Notes under the pieces: model-generated
The model's database searches: none
Told to the model about the DNA's origin: nothing
Seen by the model: only the letters and a program-made list of their open reading frames with translations
In this document: positions 1 through 13,360 of the stretch, one piece after another
How positions within the stretch are numbered: position 1 is the first letter of the stretch
Layout of the letters: every line of letters begins with the position of its first letter
Position numbers and translations under genes: made by a program
Source of the DNA: Octopus vulgaris
Lineage: Eukaryota
Direction of reading: 5' to 3'
Length of the DNA: 64,000 bases
Assembly (NCBI GenBank): GCA_951406725.2
Contig: OX597814.1
Location: 36,332,001 to 36,396,000 of the forward strand

Positions 1-671
1 GTTCCCTCATACTTTCTTCCTTTTTCCTCTTTTCTTTCTCTAGGTCCCCCTCTCTCACATTTCTTAGCCTTCTCTTTCTTTAATTCCTACTTTTCCTCTT
101 CTTTTATCTTCCTTGTACCTCACTTTATATCACTTTGATTTCCTCGCTTTCTCATTCTTCTCCTAATCCTTCAATCCCTCTGCTCTACCTCTCTCTTTTC
201 ATTCCACGTGACCAGTTTTCAGGTAGGCATGATCTTTCTTTCTCAGCTTGACTGTCGGCTATGAAGCATCTCATATTCCTGTCTCATGACTTTCATCTCT
301 CATGTTCATCTCCTATGAGCCTGCCTCAAAGCTTTCAATCTACACATGCCAACTCAACTTGATTTGTCCTTATTAATCAAGAGACATCTGTTGTTATTTT
401 CTTGTTGTTTGTATTTGTAATTGTGTAATATATTCTCCATTTTTTTCTTTGTTGTTGTACACACTTGCTTGTTTTCTCCCCCAAAATTTAATGATCTTAG
501 TTTAGATTTTTGGGGTGGCCAGATTTGAACAGTCTCAAGTGTAACTATCCAAAACTGTAAGGCTAATTTGGTAACTTGTCTGACGAGAAGAGGCTGAAAA
601 TGACCCATCCTTGTTTTTACTGTCCATCTTTTTATTGTTGTCAGTTGCACTCTACTTTCTTTTTTGGGGGC

Positions 672-970
672 ACATAAAAAACACCATCCGATTGTGGCCG
701 TTGCCAGCCTCGTCTGGCCCCCGTGCCGGTGGCACGTAAAAAGCACCATCCGAGCGTGGCCGTTTACCAGCCTCGTCTGTGCAGGTGGCACGTAAAAAGC
801 ACCCACTACAATCACGGAGTAGTTGGCGTTAGGAAGGGCATCCAGCTGTAGAAACACTGCTAAATCAGACTGGGCCTGGCGCAGCCTACTGGCTTCCCAG
901 ACCCCAGTTGAACCGTCCAACCCATGCTGGCATGGAAAACAGACGTTAAACGATGATGATGATGATGATG
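672..970 (+). mobile_element. 5'-truncated RTE-type LINE 3' UTR copy with internal repeat units and (GAT)n tail
   Basis: Contains GTTGGCGTTAGGAAGGGCATCCAGCTGTAGAAAC...CCAACCCATGCTGGCATGGAAA...GTTAAACGATGATGAT; the same tail follows RTE coding sequence at 30368-31450. Confidence 0.8.
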
Positions 971-1134
971 ACACACATAAAGGACACTTAGTTGAGGTCA
1001 AATGATTCAAACTTATGCTCTGATATCTTTACAAGGGATCACTTCCATGGGGTAAAGAATGGCTATAAGAGGGATCAAATTGAGCAGATACAGAGGCAAT
1101 TATTCAGATTAGCAAATCATATATAATTTGTTTA

Positions 1135-1350
1135 AGGTGGCAGAGCTGGCAGAAATGTTAGCACACTGGGCGAAATACATAGCAGTATTTCGTCTGTCTA
1201 CATTCTGAGTCCAAATTCCGCTAAGGTTGACTTTGACTTTCATTGTTTTAGGGTCGATAAATTAAGTACTAGTTGTGTACTGGGGTCAATCTAATCAACT
1301 AGCCCCCTCCCACCAAAATTTCAGGCCTTGTGCCTAATGCAGAAAGGAAT
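1135..1350 (+). mobile_element. tRNA-derived SINE family A (Deu/Nin-like core), alternative 3' tail
   Basis: Head GAGCTGGCAGAAATGTTAGCAC; diverged version of the family core GCCTTTCATCCTTTCGGGGTCGATAAATTAAGTACC; many copies in window. Confidence 0.8.
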
Positions 1351-1377
1351 ATATCTAATTTGCTTATCTGCATAACT

Positions 1378-1450
1378 GTCTCTCTCTCTCTCTCTCTCTT
1401 TCTCTACATACACACACAGGCATGCACGTGCACATGCACATACACACATA

Positions 1451-1513
<63 letters not shown>

Positions 1514-1522
1514 ACACACACA
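1378..1522. repeat. (CT)n/(CA)n compound microsatellite
   Basis: Directly visible dinucleotide tracts. Confidence 0.95.
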
Positions 1523-2149
1523 TGCAAACCACAATGTGATTGCAAAATAGATAAAATTTGATACAAACTATCACCAACTACATTACATATATATATAACA
1601 TAGAATATTTAAATATGTTTTTAATGCACAGCAAGGACCTAGAAAATTTTCATTCTCAGTATGATTGCCCAAAACTCTTGTCAATACACCATCACCAATT
1701 TCAGCTCCGAAAGCATAATAACCAACCAATTCACTCTGGCTATTTCAAAAGTCATTATCTGCTTGTGCTTTTCATTTTCAGAGAACACCTCCTCCCTTTA
1801 GACACTGTATTCATTACACATGATTCATCTGTGTAAGGAGACTCTGAGACACCAGTGTTTCAACTTCATTATGTGTCTGTGTCTCCTCAGACAAAGCTAT
1901 CCTGTGTTATTGAATTCAGAATCTACAGAAAACTTTGATGCTTGGGTTGTAACAGAAGTTACAATAAATCCTTTTGAATATAATTTGCACTCCCAAGTAT
2001 AGATTCTTTTTTAGTTTCTCATTGGGCAGAATGTCATTATCACTCATTCCACTTTATTTCTGGTATATTTTTTTATTTTTTGCCAGTTAAAAAAATATGT
2101 TTGTAATTTTGTTAGTGCTTTTTATTATGGTGTTAAATTGAACTCCTGC

Positions 2150-3000
2150 ATTTGGCCTTTACAATTGAAGTATTACAAGTTTCACAAGTTGACTAGACAC
2201 AGCCACAGCTTATCCTATTTTCCTGAAGAAATGTCTGACTTATACAAGGATTATGCAAAGTGCATGCAAAGCATGACATCTTAAAGATTCACTATTTATG
2301 TTCCAATTAATCTTTCCATTCCAATTAAACATTTAAAAAATGCTTTTCAGCACAGTCTTAAAGTGTTTGAGTGCTGTTATATCCACTTGTCTTACTCCCT
2401 TTTTAATACTGATCTTCTTGATTTCAGTGTGAAGTCTTAGATGATATTTCTAGGCTACAGGTTTTCTTAATAATCTGCAAGTATGTTTGATGCATTTCCT
2501 GATCAATAAAAGCTACAAGCGCAGCTGACTTTCAAGTTTATTGAAAGCTTTCTCATAATCAATAAAACCTACACACAATAGTTGTTTATGTTCTCTATAT
2601 TTCCGAATAACTTGGTTCATGACCTGTATGTGGTCATTTGTTGTAAACCCATTTCTGAACCCTACTTGTTCCCTTGGTTGATGGATGCCAAAGGCAATAT
2701 TGATGTGATTTGTGAGCACTTTGGCATATAATTTATATAAGTTAGGAGCTGATAGGTTTCTAGTTTCAAAGATCTGTAATGTCACCTTACTTGCATAAAA
2801 GTATGATGTTGGCATTGTTCCAGCACACTTGGAATTTCAATTGATTTGATGCATTCTGTGAAGAAATCTGCTAGTTGCCAACAAACAAAGTCCCCTCCTT
2901 CTTCGACAAAATTATTGAACACTTAATCTTCACCTTGTGCCTTTCTAATTTTCATATCTTAATTTCATCTTAATTTCATTACTTGATATTTCATCTTTAT
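2150..3000 (-). pseudogene. Decayed RTE-clade LINE reverse transcriptase fragment
   Basis: ORF 2513-2815(-) QPREQVGFRNGFTTNDHI...GFIDYEKAFNKLE matches non-LTR RT motifs (QxGFR, FIDYEKAFD); boundaries approximate. Confidence 0.8.
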
Positions 3001-3667
3001 TGCTATTTCATCTTTATGAACTGCATTAATTTCTAAGGCCCTTCATTGTTTCTTGCTTCAGCATAACACCTGATACATTTCTTCTATGCTATGCATAATC
3101 CCTTCTTATCATTTTCGATTTGCTCACCACCAGAACTTGGAGTATTACTTTACAGCTTCCCTAATACATAATTTCTTTAACTTTTATTTGTCTGTATCAT
3201 TTAAAATTCATTAAATTTTGTGCTCATTAAAATTCATTAAAAACAGTTCATCAAATTTTCATATTTCCTCTTTCATCCTGGTTTTCTGGATATTTCACCT
3301 CCTGGATATCACTATCGTTTTTCCCTTTCCTCCTCTCTTCATTCACTTGAGTGTTTTCTGAGGTGTCTTTGTGAGTACATTTCTCCCTGATATCCTGAGA
3401 CAATGTCAGCTAATGTGAGCCTCCTTTCCATTCAATGGATCTATCTTTGTCTTCCAGTTCATCATTTAACACTTCAAACCTATCTTATATTCCTATTTGA
3501 TTTTATGTTCCTATTTGAAATTCATCTGGAGACCATTTACATTTACTTGTGATTTCCTTTCTATAACTAACTTAGCTCTTTCAAACCTCATATTAAGCCT
3601 AATAGTTGTACTTACCAGACAATGGTTGCTCTGTGTACAAACAGTATTTCACTATAGCTTACTTAGT

Positions 3668-3863
3668 CTTTTACTAGTTTCAGTCATTTGACTGTGGCCA
3701 TGCTGGAGCCCTGCCTTTAGTTGAACAAACTGCCCGCAGGACTCATTCTTTGCAAGCCTAGTATTTATTCTATCGATATCTTTCTGAACTGCTAAGTTAC
3801 TGGCAAGTAAACACACCAGCATCGGTTGTCAAGCGATAGTGGGGGTACAAAGACAGGCACACA

Positions 3864-3918
<55 letters not shown>

Positions 3919-4074
3919 TGGGCTTCTTTTGGTTTCCATCTTACAAATCCACTCACAAAGCTTTGGTTGGCCCGAAGTTATAGTAGAAAACACTTGCCCA
4001 AGGTGCCATGCTGTGGGTCTGAACCCGAAATCATGGGGTAGGTAAGCAAGCTACTTACCACACAGTCATACCTG
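3668..4074 (-). mobile_element. tRNA-derived SINE family C with internal (CA)n microsatellite
   Basis: Minus strand head TGTGTGGTAAGTAGCTTGCT, core GGCACCTTGGGCAAGTG, tail CAGTCAAATGACTGAAAC; similar copies at 36085 and 39638. Confidence 0.8.
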
Positions 4075-4460
4075 TACCTATAATATACCTATAATATAGT
4101 CACACATTCATACCTGTACCTATAATATATATATTGTCAATATAAATTAATTTAATATTTTTTACTTCCCTTTCTGGACATTTCTCTGCTTATTTTCATG
4201 TTGAATGATTTTTAAAGAATCTGTACATAATTTTTAGAGTTGCTGCTTTTTACAAATTCAATCAAATTATGTTTGTCACTCATTACAAAACTTCCCTATG
4301 ATTTTCCTTGATTTATGAATATTTCGTTCCACTTTGGCATTAAAATTGTTCAAGAGCTCATTTACCTTTTCATCTGTGTAACTAGATTTCTGTGTATTTT
4401 CCTGTATTATATGTCTTATTTGCATTTTTGAAAGCTAATCTGACTTCATTTATTGCTGTG

Positions 4461-5732
4461 TCAGGTTATCCCATAAGCTCTGCCTGATTTTACCTTTTTT
4501 AAAGTTGAATGAAATTTAATAGTATTTTAGAATGTGTAATGGAAGTAAAAATTATTTTTATACATTTGTGTACATTTAAACTAATTAAGTATTATTTTAC
4601 AGAATAATAGAATTAAAATTTCTATGATTAAAACTCTTTCTAACATGGAAGTATCCAAAGAGCATTTGAGGCACATAATGCTCTATGAGTACAAAAAAGG
4701 AAACCCTGCAGCCAAAGTGACTTGAAATGTACACTCAGTTTATGAGAAAGAAAGCCTGAATGAAAGAACTTGCAGAAGATGGTTTCCAAAATTCAGAAGT
4801 GGAGATTTCAGCCTTGAAGATGAAGATCGAACAGGACATCCAGTTGAGTTTGATGGTAAGATCCTTAAGGCATTACTTGAAGAAAATCCTGCATTATCAG
4901 TTGAAGAATAGGCAATAAAGCTTAGTTCAAACCATACAACTGTTCATCCTCATCTTCAACAACTTGGAAAGTTTCCTAAACTTGGAGAATGGGTGCTTCA
5001 TGAATTGTCCGAAAGCAACTGCAAATCCCGAGTTGACATCTGCTCTTCTCTCCATTCTCGTGAACTCATTTCACCCTTTTTGGATAGACTTGTGACTGGT
5101 GACGAAAAATGGATCTTCTATTGAAATGTTAAATGTTGTAAACAGTGGCTTGGTAAAAGAAAAGAAAGTTCAACCACAACCAAGAAGAGAACTTCATGGG
5201 AAAAAGGTTCTCTCTATCTGGTGGGATTGAAAGGGAGTAATTCACTTTGAATTGTTACCACCTAATGCAACAATCAATGCTCAAGTCTACTCTCAACAAT
5301 TAGAGTGTTTGAACCAAGCTTTGCAGAAAAAAAGACCCGCTTTAGTCAATCGAAAAGGAGTGATGTTTCATCAGGACAATGCGCAAACCCACACTGCAAA
5401 GATCACATCCCAGAAGATCAAAGAGCTTGGTTGGGAAAAATTCCTCATCCACCTTATTCACCTGACCTTGTTCCTTCAGACTACCATTTGTTTCGTAGTT
5501 TACAGAATCATTTGGGGGACATAACTTTCACAAGCCAGGAGGAAGTAGAAACTGATTTGTCAGAGTTCTTCGCTTTGAAACCAAAAGAGTTTAACATTGA
5601 TGGGATTTAAAAAGCTTGTAAATAGATGGAAGAAAGTCATAGATAATCATAGATTAAATTTCAATTAAATATAACATTTGGTCAATTGTTTTCTTTATTC
5701 AAAATTCAGACAGAACTTATGGGATGACCTGA
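4461..5732 (+). mobile_element. Full-length, inactive mariner transposon (~1.27 kb)
   Basis: TIRs TCAGGTTATCCCATAAGCTCTGCCTGATTTT / AAAATTCAGACAGAACTTATGGGATGACCTGA, right end followed by TA; typical mariner length. Confidence 0.92.
4645..5650 (+). pseudogene. Mariner transposase pseudogene
   Basis: MEVSKEHLRHIMLYEYKKG...WFPKFRSGDFSLED...WVLHEL...VTGDEKW...HQDNA...HPPYSPDLVPSDYHLF; several stops and frameshifts. Confidence 0.92.
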
Positions 5733-6340
5733 TATATGAGGAACATTACATCTCACCAACTGCTGCTTTTATTTCCTTTATATAAAGTAGTTGTTCACTT
5801 TTCAGTTATTTCAACTTTTCATACCTTATTTCTTGTTTACCATGCGACCCTAGTTTGCCCAAATCATGTCTTCTTTCTCCACGCTACAGTCTTTCATTTC
5901 TAGTGACTTTGCATCAGACTTTTAATGAATTCTTGAGGCAGCTTCTTCAAACATGGGAGCATCTTACTGTTGACTAGGGAGCAGCAAGGAGCAGAAGGTT
6001 GCTACATTAGCTGTCCCACCATATTACTTGGAGACTGTGGCTAATACTCATTATAATGATTACAATTACATGTTTGTAACTTGTGGATGCCACAAATGAA
6101 TATATAGTTTTATTAGTGGTTTTAATAGAATTTCTTCTAATCAAGAGTTCCCTATATTACTTAAGCTCCCTGAGATGGCAAAAATCTACATGAGGAATAG
6201 TGATGGAGGTTACTAGTTGTACTGGCTTAACTTGCATGGAAAAGTGGATGTTATAACAAAAAGGACACACTTTCTCTCTTGCTCTCTCATACACACACAC
6301 ACACACTCACACACACACACATGTACATATGTATGCATGC

Positions 6341-6373
<33 letters not shown>

Positions 6374-6936
6374 TGTATGTATGTATGTATTTATGTATGC
6401 ATACACATTCTCACACACATGCACACACAGATATGTAGGAAAATTCTTGAATTAAAGACGAAGAAAATCAGAAATCCAATTATTAGAACATACCTGAAAA
6501 TTAAATATTCTCATTCAGAAAATGGGTTCTTTTATTATAGGGACCAGATGGCAAGCCTTCCATTTGGCAATAACATGTCAGTATGATAAGAAATTTTAAT
6601 TCAAAGAGTGAACATGTTGTTGAACCTGCATTTGGCACAGTTCAAGAACCTTTTTATATTTTTCTTAATTCTTAAATTCACTAAGTAAAGTAACCCCTTC
6701 CAAAAGCATTTCAAGATCAAGATTAGAAGCATAAGAATTTAAATGATCTCCATGTTTATTCTGACAAGACTGATAATTTGTATCGGAGAGAAATTCATAC
6801 TTGTATTTTTTATTCAACATATTCTGTTAAAATTACCATAAAATAAGTTGGAAAATAATGAATGATATCAAGAATTCCAGAGTTAAAATTTTTTTAATCA
6901 CATATCCAAAATTGAACAGAACTACTCACTCCTTAT

Positions 6937-7151
6937 AAACGTCAGCACGCCGGGCGAAATGATTAGCGGTATTTCGTCTGCCATTACGATCTGAGTCCAA
7001 ATTCCTCCGAGGTCGACTTTGCCTTTCATCCTTTCGGGGTAGATAAATTAAGTACCAGTTATGCACTGGGGTCGATGTAATCGACTTAATCCCTTTGTCT
7101 GTCCTTGTTTGTCCCCTCTATGTTTAGCCCCTTGTGGGCAATAAAGACATA
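6937..7151 (+). mobile_element. SINE family A, 5'-truncated, 16 bp TSD
   Basis: Core GCCTTTCATCCTTTCGGGGTAGATAAATTAAGTACC; TSD AGAACTACTCACTCCT at 6918-6933 and 7152-7167. Confidence 0.9.
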
Positions 7152-7570
7152 AGAACTACTCACTCCTATTTCTTCTCACTTCCCACAGAAAGTACATAAC
7201 CTAGATTTCAATAAAACATCAAACCATTTAATCCTACTAAATTAAATATTAATAAATTTAGTAAACATAGGACATTATTGGACCTCAAGGAAGTACCTCC
7301 TTTAGCTCAATGAAATAATTTCTTTTTAGTGATAGCTTGGTTTAATGATATCCTTAATAAGGGATTTATAAAATTTACTTAATTTAATTAAATAATTATT
7401 ATGTATCCATCACATTATTACAATTACTTAAGGCTGTTAATTTTTGCTAAAATCATTACTGCATTTAACAATTACAAGGTTGATACAAATATCCATGCTT
7501 GGAAAGTTGTAGTAAATTGTGATAATTCTATACAAATACAAAATTAACAAACACCATTTTGATGTGAGTG

Positions 7571-8073
7571 GAGGTGCATAACTTAGTGGTTAGGGTGTTG
7601 AACCCATGATCGTAAGGCTGTGGTTTTGATTTCTGAACCAGGTGATGTGTTGTGTTCTTGAGCAAAACACTTCATTTTCCTGTTGCTCCAGTTCACTCAG
7701 CTGGCAAAAAATGAGTAGTCCTGCAATGGACTGGTGTCCCATCCAGGTGGGGAATTTATATGTCACTGAAACTAGGACACCGGTCCTTATGAGCCTGGCA
7801 CAGCTCGAGAAGGAACATTTGTGGAGCCATGTGGCTTAGTGGTTAGGGTGTTGAACTCATGATTGTAAGATTGTGATTTCGATTCCTGGACTGGGTGACG
7901 TGTTCTGTTCTTGAGCAAAACACTTCATTTCACATTGTTCCAGTCCACTCAAGCTGGCAAAAATGAGTAATCCTGCAATGGATTGGTGTCCTGTCCAAGT
8001 GGGGAATTTCTACGCCACTGAAACCAGGAAACTGGCCCTTATGAGTCTGGCATGGCTCGAGGAGGAACATTTT
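7571..8073 (+). mobile_element. Head-to-tail dimer of tRNA-derived SINE family B within one TSD
   Basis: Two ~250 bp copies (CTTAGTGGTTAGGGTG...TTCTTGAGCAAAACACTTCATTT...GGAACATTT); flanking repeat ATTTTGATGTGAGTG at 7556-7570 and 8074-8088. Confidence 0.85.
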
Positions 8074-8589
8074 ATTTTGATGTGAGTGAGAGTGTGATGA
8101 TGTCAGCTGATGTCACTTTCCATATTTAGCTTATGTACTATGTTTCAGTTTAAGGATGAAATTCCTTATATAAAAAGGAATTTGCATAGAGATATCAATT
8201 TATTGATTATGAACAATTGCATACCCAGCTTTGAGCTATAGCTATATCCAGGAAGGAGTTGATTGGTTTCTTCAAAGGTCATAGTTTGTCTATTCTAATA
8301 GACACTAATCTATACATAGTAAATTTTATGAATGTGACCATGAATATTTTTCAAAGATTATTTTATCCATATAGAATCAGATAAGAATATTAATTATATA
8401 ACTTTTTGAACCAGCTAAACAGCATAAAAATATTTGTTAAAAACATCTCATAGAATTTATCTTAGCTGTCAGCTAATGAGTTGATTTTTTTTCTTTTTAA
8501 TTACTCAGCTTTTCACAATGAAATGGTGATTCATTCTGGTTTTAAAGATAAGCTTATTATATTAAATATGAATGTAAAATTAGGATGAA

Positions 8590-9150
8590 TATTCGACATT
8601 CAAAATGCCAAATAATATTTAGTATAACAGATCATTTAATATGGATGTGCAATACCTATAACCAGTGTATTTGATTTACTTAAAAACATAGACATTATAA
8701 AGTCTGTAACTAGAGTGCTCTTGAATTAACTTATTTCACTACTCTTAGCCTCATGCAAAATACTAGATATTTGAACGAAGCTAAATTAGCAAGTAATAGC
8801 AATGATAGTATTAATAAAGTTGATTTGTGGGTATAAGGCAATCTATACTTGTGTTTATAGGAATAATTGCTCTTTAGATGGAAATTGCTCAATTCATTAT
8901 GTAGTGCATAAATGCATGGCTAACATTTCTATTACTAGTAAATCTTTTGTAGATTTGACAACCAATAGATTTAGCTTTCTATACCACACACACTCATACA
9001 TTTTGAAACCCAGCTAGAAGAAATATGTCATCATTTTGGCATGTTTTACATGTTGAAAAGCATTTAGAATTCCATTCAAGATTGAATCCTAAGCAAAAAA
9101 AGGATCTCTATTGCTTCAGTTGTGCATAAATCATAAGGCCTTTCACTAAA
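8590..9150 (+). pseudogene. Highly decayed Penelope-like element, region around the GIY-YIG endonuclease
   Basis: ORF 8802-9017 CVYRNNCSLDGNCSIHYVVHKC...KSFVDLTTNRF..LYHTH resembles the PLE pattern CxCR..CPLxGxC...VVYK...YIG.T...FK.RY..H. Confidence 0.6.
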
Positions 9151-9188
9151 ATCTTTCACTGGCTGTCATGCTATTTTGGATCATATGC

Positions 9189-9251
<63 letters not shown>

Positions 9252-9336
9252 CATCACCACCACCACCGCTGTCATCATCATCATTTAACATCCTGTTTCC
9301 ATGCTGGCATAGACAAAATAGCAATATTGGTTTTTG

Positions 9337-9571
9337 AAGGCAGTTAGCTGGCTGAATCGTTAGCACGCCGGGCGAAATGCTTAGCGGTATTTCGTTTGCC
9401 GCTACATTCTGAGTTCAATTTCCGCCAAGGTCGACTTTGCCTTTCATCCTTTTGGTGTCGATAAAATAAGTACCAGTTACGCACTGGGTCAATATAATCG
9501 ACTTAATCCCTTTGTCTGTCCTTGTTTGTCCCTTCTGTGTTTAGCCCCACGTGGGTAGTAAAGAAATAGGT
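9337..9571 (+). mobile_element. SINE family A with 14 bp TSD
   Basis: TSD AATATTGGTTTTTG at 9323-9336 and 9572-9585; full head, core and tail. Confidence 0.9.
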
Positions 9572-9589
9572 AATATTGGTTTTTGGTGC

Positions 9590-9752
9590 TGGGCCAGCAA
9601 ATTCGGGGGTAAGTTAATTACATCAACCCTAGTGCTCAACTGGTTTTTATTTCATAGACCATGAAAGGATGAAAGGCAAAGATGACCTTGGCTCAGAACA
9701 TAAAGATGAATGAAATGCCACTAAATATTTTGCCTGGCATGCTAACTGCCTT
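9590..9752 (-). mobile_element. Older SINE family A copy, opposite orientation
   Basis: AAAGGATGAAAGGCAAAG...GGCATGCTAAC is the reverse complement of family A core and head. Confidence 0.7.
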
Positions 9753-10914
9753 AAAAAGAATTATAATATTTTATAAGGTAAGTTCTTACCCTGTTGACTA
9801 CTGTGTGAGGGATGGTGGTGGAATGAGAGTTACTGGGAAGATGAAAGACAATGTCTTTTATCTTAGAGTTCATCATCATACCCATTTACTAAAGGAGCGA
9901 AGAACTTGTCCCAAAGTGTTTGATCTTTATGGCATATTATCTCTTTACACAACTCAGTGTAGAAACTGAGTTCATTGTAAACTCTTATCAAGTAGATACT
10001 ATTATTTGTTGCTGCCAGTTGGTTACTCAAAAGTTAGTGGATTGGTAGTGGTAGTGGTGGTGTCAGATGTATTGGTTTTGGTGGTGGTGGTGGTGATGGC
10101 AGGTAATATTGTCATTGGTGGAGGTGTTCATATTTTTTTGTTAACTGTATTGTTGTTCCTGTTTAGTCTCAAATCAATTCTTATTGACCAAAGACCAAAG
10201 ACATTTCATTCAACATTTAAAGTATGCTAGGGTACCACATTTTCTCAAGCGATTGTCTTTTATTTTATAAGGAATTGCTTATCTTGTTTTTACTATTGTT
10301 ACTGTTGTAGTTTGGTCTTTAAAGAAATGGCGGGTGGGTAAGTGTGGTGGTTGCATTGATTTTGGTGTTTGGGCTATTGTGTTGGCATTTATAAGAGATA
10401 GTGGTGGTCATGAAAGTTGATTGAAATAGATAGACATGTAGGTAGGTATGTATGGGGTAAGTCGATAGAGAGTTAGATATATTGACAGACAGACAGACAG
10501 ATGAATAGATAAACAGACAGACATATAGATAGATAGATGCTCATAGTGACCCAAGAAAAATACACAAACATATGCATAACAGTAAAGAACTCCAGCTCAC
10601 ACACTTTAAGTGCTTATAGTAACACATGTTCTCTCTCTCTCTCCCTCCACCACTCACACACCTCTCCCCTCACACATACCTGCCCCCTCCCTAACTATGT
10701 ATCATGATAGTAGTTTCTCAAATTGTTACCTATACTTTGATCTTAGCTAAAATGTTGAGAAGCAACCTTTAGGCTAAGAAGAAAATGTAAATTTTAAGTT
10801 CTTAATATTTATTCAAGTTTCCAGTACTGAAATTACACACTACATTTCTGAAATTAGTAGTCATACTTTACAAAATCCCATAACCTGAGGTAGCTGTAAT
10901 GTGGGGGCTGCTCA

Positions 10915-10954
<40 letters not shown>

Positions 10955-10955
10955 C

Positions 10956-10986
<31 letters not shown>

Positions 10987-11778
10987 ATGTGTGTGTATAA
11001 ATGTGTCTAAATTGATTAGTTAGACTATAGCTTATGAGTAGCTTATTAATGTTAATTAATTTAATTGGTGATTGACAAACATTGTCAAATAAGATTTTGT
11101 ATTAATTAGAGTTTATTGCTAAGTTTTTGTATATATATATGTTGAAGCAGATTTATTCAATGATGTAATCATCATATCAGTGTTACTTATTTGTTTATTG
11201 TGGGTGGTTTTAGAGTACTAATAAGAAAAGATTAGTTTATGATCCTCGTTTATCTAATGTTAATTCTAATAATTATTTCAGTATTTATATTTGTTACCAA
11301 AAATATTTCTATCTTATTATGCATTGTGGGTGTCTGAATAATTTTACATTTTTAGCACTTTTATATTTTGGCTACAGTATAGGAAACTTTTTCTACTGAT
11401 GAGATCCTTAACTTATATATATTTTTTATAAGATAATATAACAGAGCATTGTTATACTAAAGCATGTAGTAGAGTAATACTTGTTGTCCTTTGTGGTTGT
11501 GTCCCATTTCTATCGTTAAAGTATTCCTAACAAAATTACCATCAACGAAAATATATAAGCATGTTAAAGATGGTTCTAATTTCATAAGATAATATAAAGA
11601 AAAACCTGATTTTAAGTGAGGTTTTGCTGTCCCCATTCCATTAACACACCACAGTCATGGGATTTTATATTCAATGCAATTATGATAGTATTGCTAAAAG
11701 ATTTTACATATAAATTTTAAAAATTATTGTTCTTCAGTGTGTAGGAAATATGAAATGTAGATTGGTAGAATCATTAAA

Positions 11779-12050
11779 AAGGCGGCGAGCTGGCAGAAAC
11801 GTTAGCACGCTGGACAAAAGGCGGCGTGCTGGCAGAAACTTTAGGATGCCGGGTGAAATGATTAGCTGTATTTCGTCTGCCATTATGTTCTGAGTTCAAA
11901 TTTCGCCAAGGTTGCCTATGCCTTTCATCCTTTCGGGGTCGATAAATTAAGTACCAATTATGCACTGGGGTCGATGAAATTGACTTAATCCCTTTGTCTG
12001 TCCTTGTTTGTTCCCTCTATGTCTAGCCCCTTGTGGGCAATAAAGAAATA
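11779..12050 (+). mobile_element. SINE family A with duplicated 5' head, nested in an older SINE A (~11755-12255)
   Basis: GGCGGCGAGCTGGCAGAAAC and GGCGGCGTGCTGGCAGAAAC ~40 bp apart; TSD AGAAT(C/T)ATTAAA; diverged SINE continues at 12062-12255. Confidence 0.85.
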
Positions 12051-12888
12051 AGAATTATTAAAGCGTTGAAAAAGATGCTTTCCACTATTTGTCCTGGCCC
12101 TCTATGTTCTGAGTTCAAGTCCTACCAAGGTCAACTTTGTCTTCCATCTTTTTGGAATCAGTAAAATAAAGTATCAGTCAAATACAGGGGTTGTTGGTAC
12201 TGACTTAACCTCTCCCACAATATTGCTAGCTCCGTGCCTAAATCAGAAATTTATATTAGGGACATGTGTACAGTTAAGAATTGAGATAGTTTCTAAAAGT
12301 TCCATTAAGCAATCACCTATAATGTTGATGAAAGCAATCACTGTGTATTTCATGAAGTAAAGTGTGTTTGCTTGTCTTGTGGCTAAATATCAAAGCTCTA
12401 GATTTCTTGGGTAATAACTATCAAAGATGGTACCAAGCTGGAAGCCTATTAAAACCTTCTTAGTGTGGATGTTCAATTATGTCGGAGATAAGTTTGTTTC
12501 TTAATGTAATAGGAATGCCAACTAATCAAAATGAAATAGCTACCTCTTAATCCAAAGCAAAACTTGTTTAAGCCTTTCCTTTTAAGCTATAAAAGTAATT
12601 CCATAAAACAACCTTATTAGTGGATCAATTTAATGTTCACTCACTCGATAACACTCTACTATTAATATCTTTGCAACTCTTCTACTCTAAAGACGGCTAT
12701 ATATGTTACCTCTTCACTTCTCACAAGAAACTTTTTGTATTATCTTATACCACTCAAACAAGTTATTAAAGAATAAGAATAACCAAACTTCAAAATAGTT
12801 TACAGACTTTCAAATAATTTACACTTTCAAACATCAAAAAAGTAGAAACCATTCTCTAAATGGACATATAGATATAGATATAAATGCA

Positions 12889-13360
12889 TACTCTGAACGC
12901 CTTACTTCCCTGGGCATGGGTACATTGAAACTCCGACGTCTGGCAGCTGACTTGGCACAGACACCCATAAAATTATTAACCATCTTACAAACAATAACTC
13001 TGAGCACCTTTTCAAACTCCACCTGTCTAACACCCGTGGACATATTTACAAAGCCAGAAAACAGCACAGCTCCCATGACTTTCGGAAACATTTTTTCATG
13101 CTGAGAGTTGCTGAAGCATGGAACAAACTGCCGGCATCAGTTGTTAGTTGTCGGAGCACTGCATCCTTCAAAACTTCCCTGTTTTCTGAGATTCGCCAAC
13201 ACTACACCTGATTTTCTCCCCTCCATACACACGCAAGCATGTATCTGACTCGTACACTGTTCACTTTCCAGACATTTGTACATTACTGCATATACTTTAT
13301 ACGCACTTTTGACAAGTTGTGGTGCACTTGAGCACTGTATACAATAATTTCATTATTATA
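12889..13360 (+). mobile_element. CR1-clade LINE 3' end (ORF2 C-terminus plus 3' UTR)
   Basis: YSERLTSLGMGTLKLRRLAADL...NTRGH..K....RKHFF.LRVAEAWNKLPASVV..FK with a frameshift; ends in (ATT)-rich tail. Confidence 0.85.

Noticed and set aside
354-1010. 218 aa ORF on the minus strand
   Set aside because: Runs antisense through an RTE 3' UTR repeat into AT-rich flank; similar peptides recur at other copies of the repeat.
11395-11520. CTGATGA as a possible hammerhead start
   Set aside because: No GAAA or helix II partner; at most a heavily decayed remnant.
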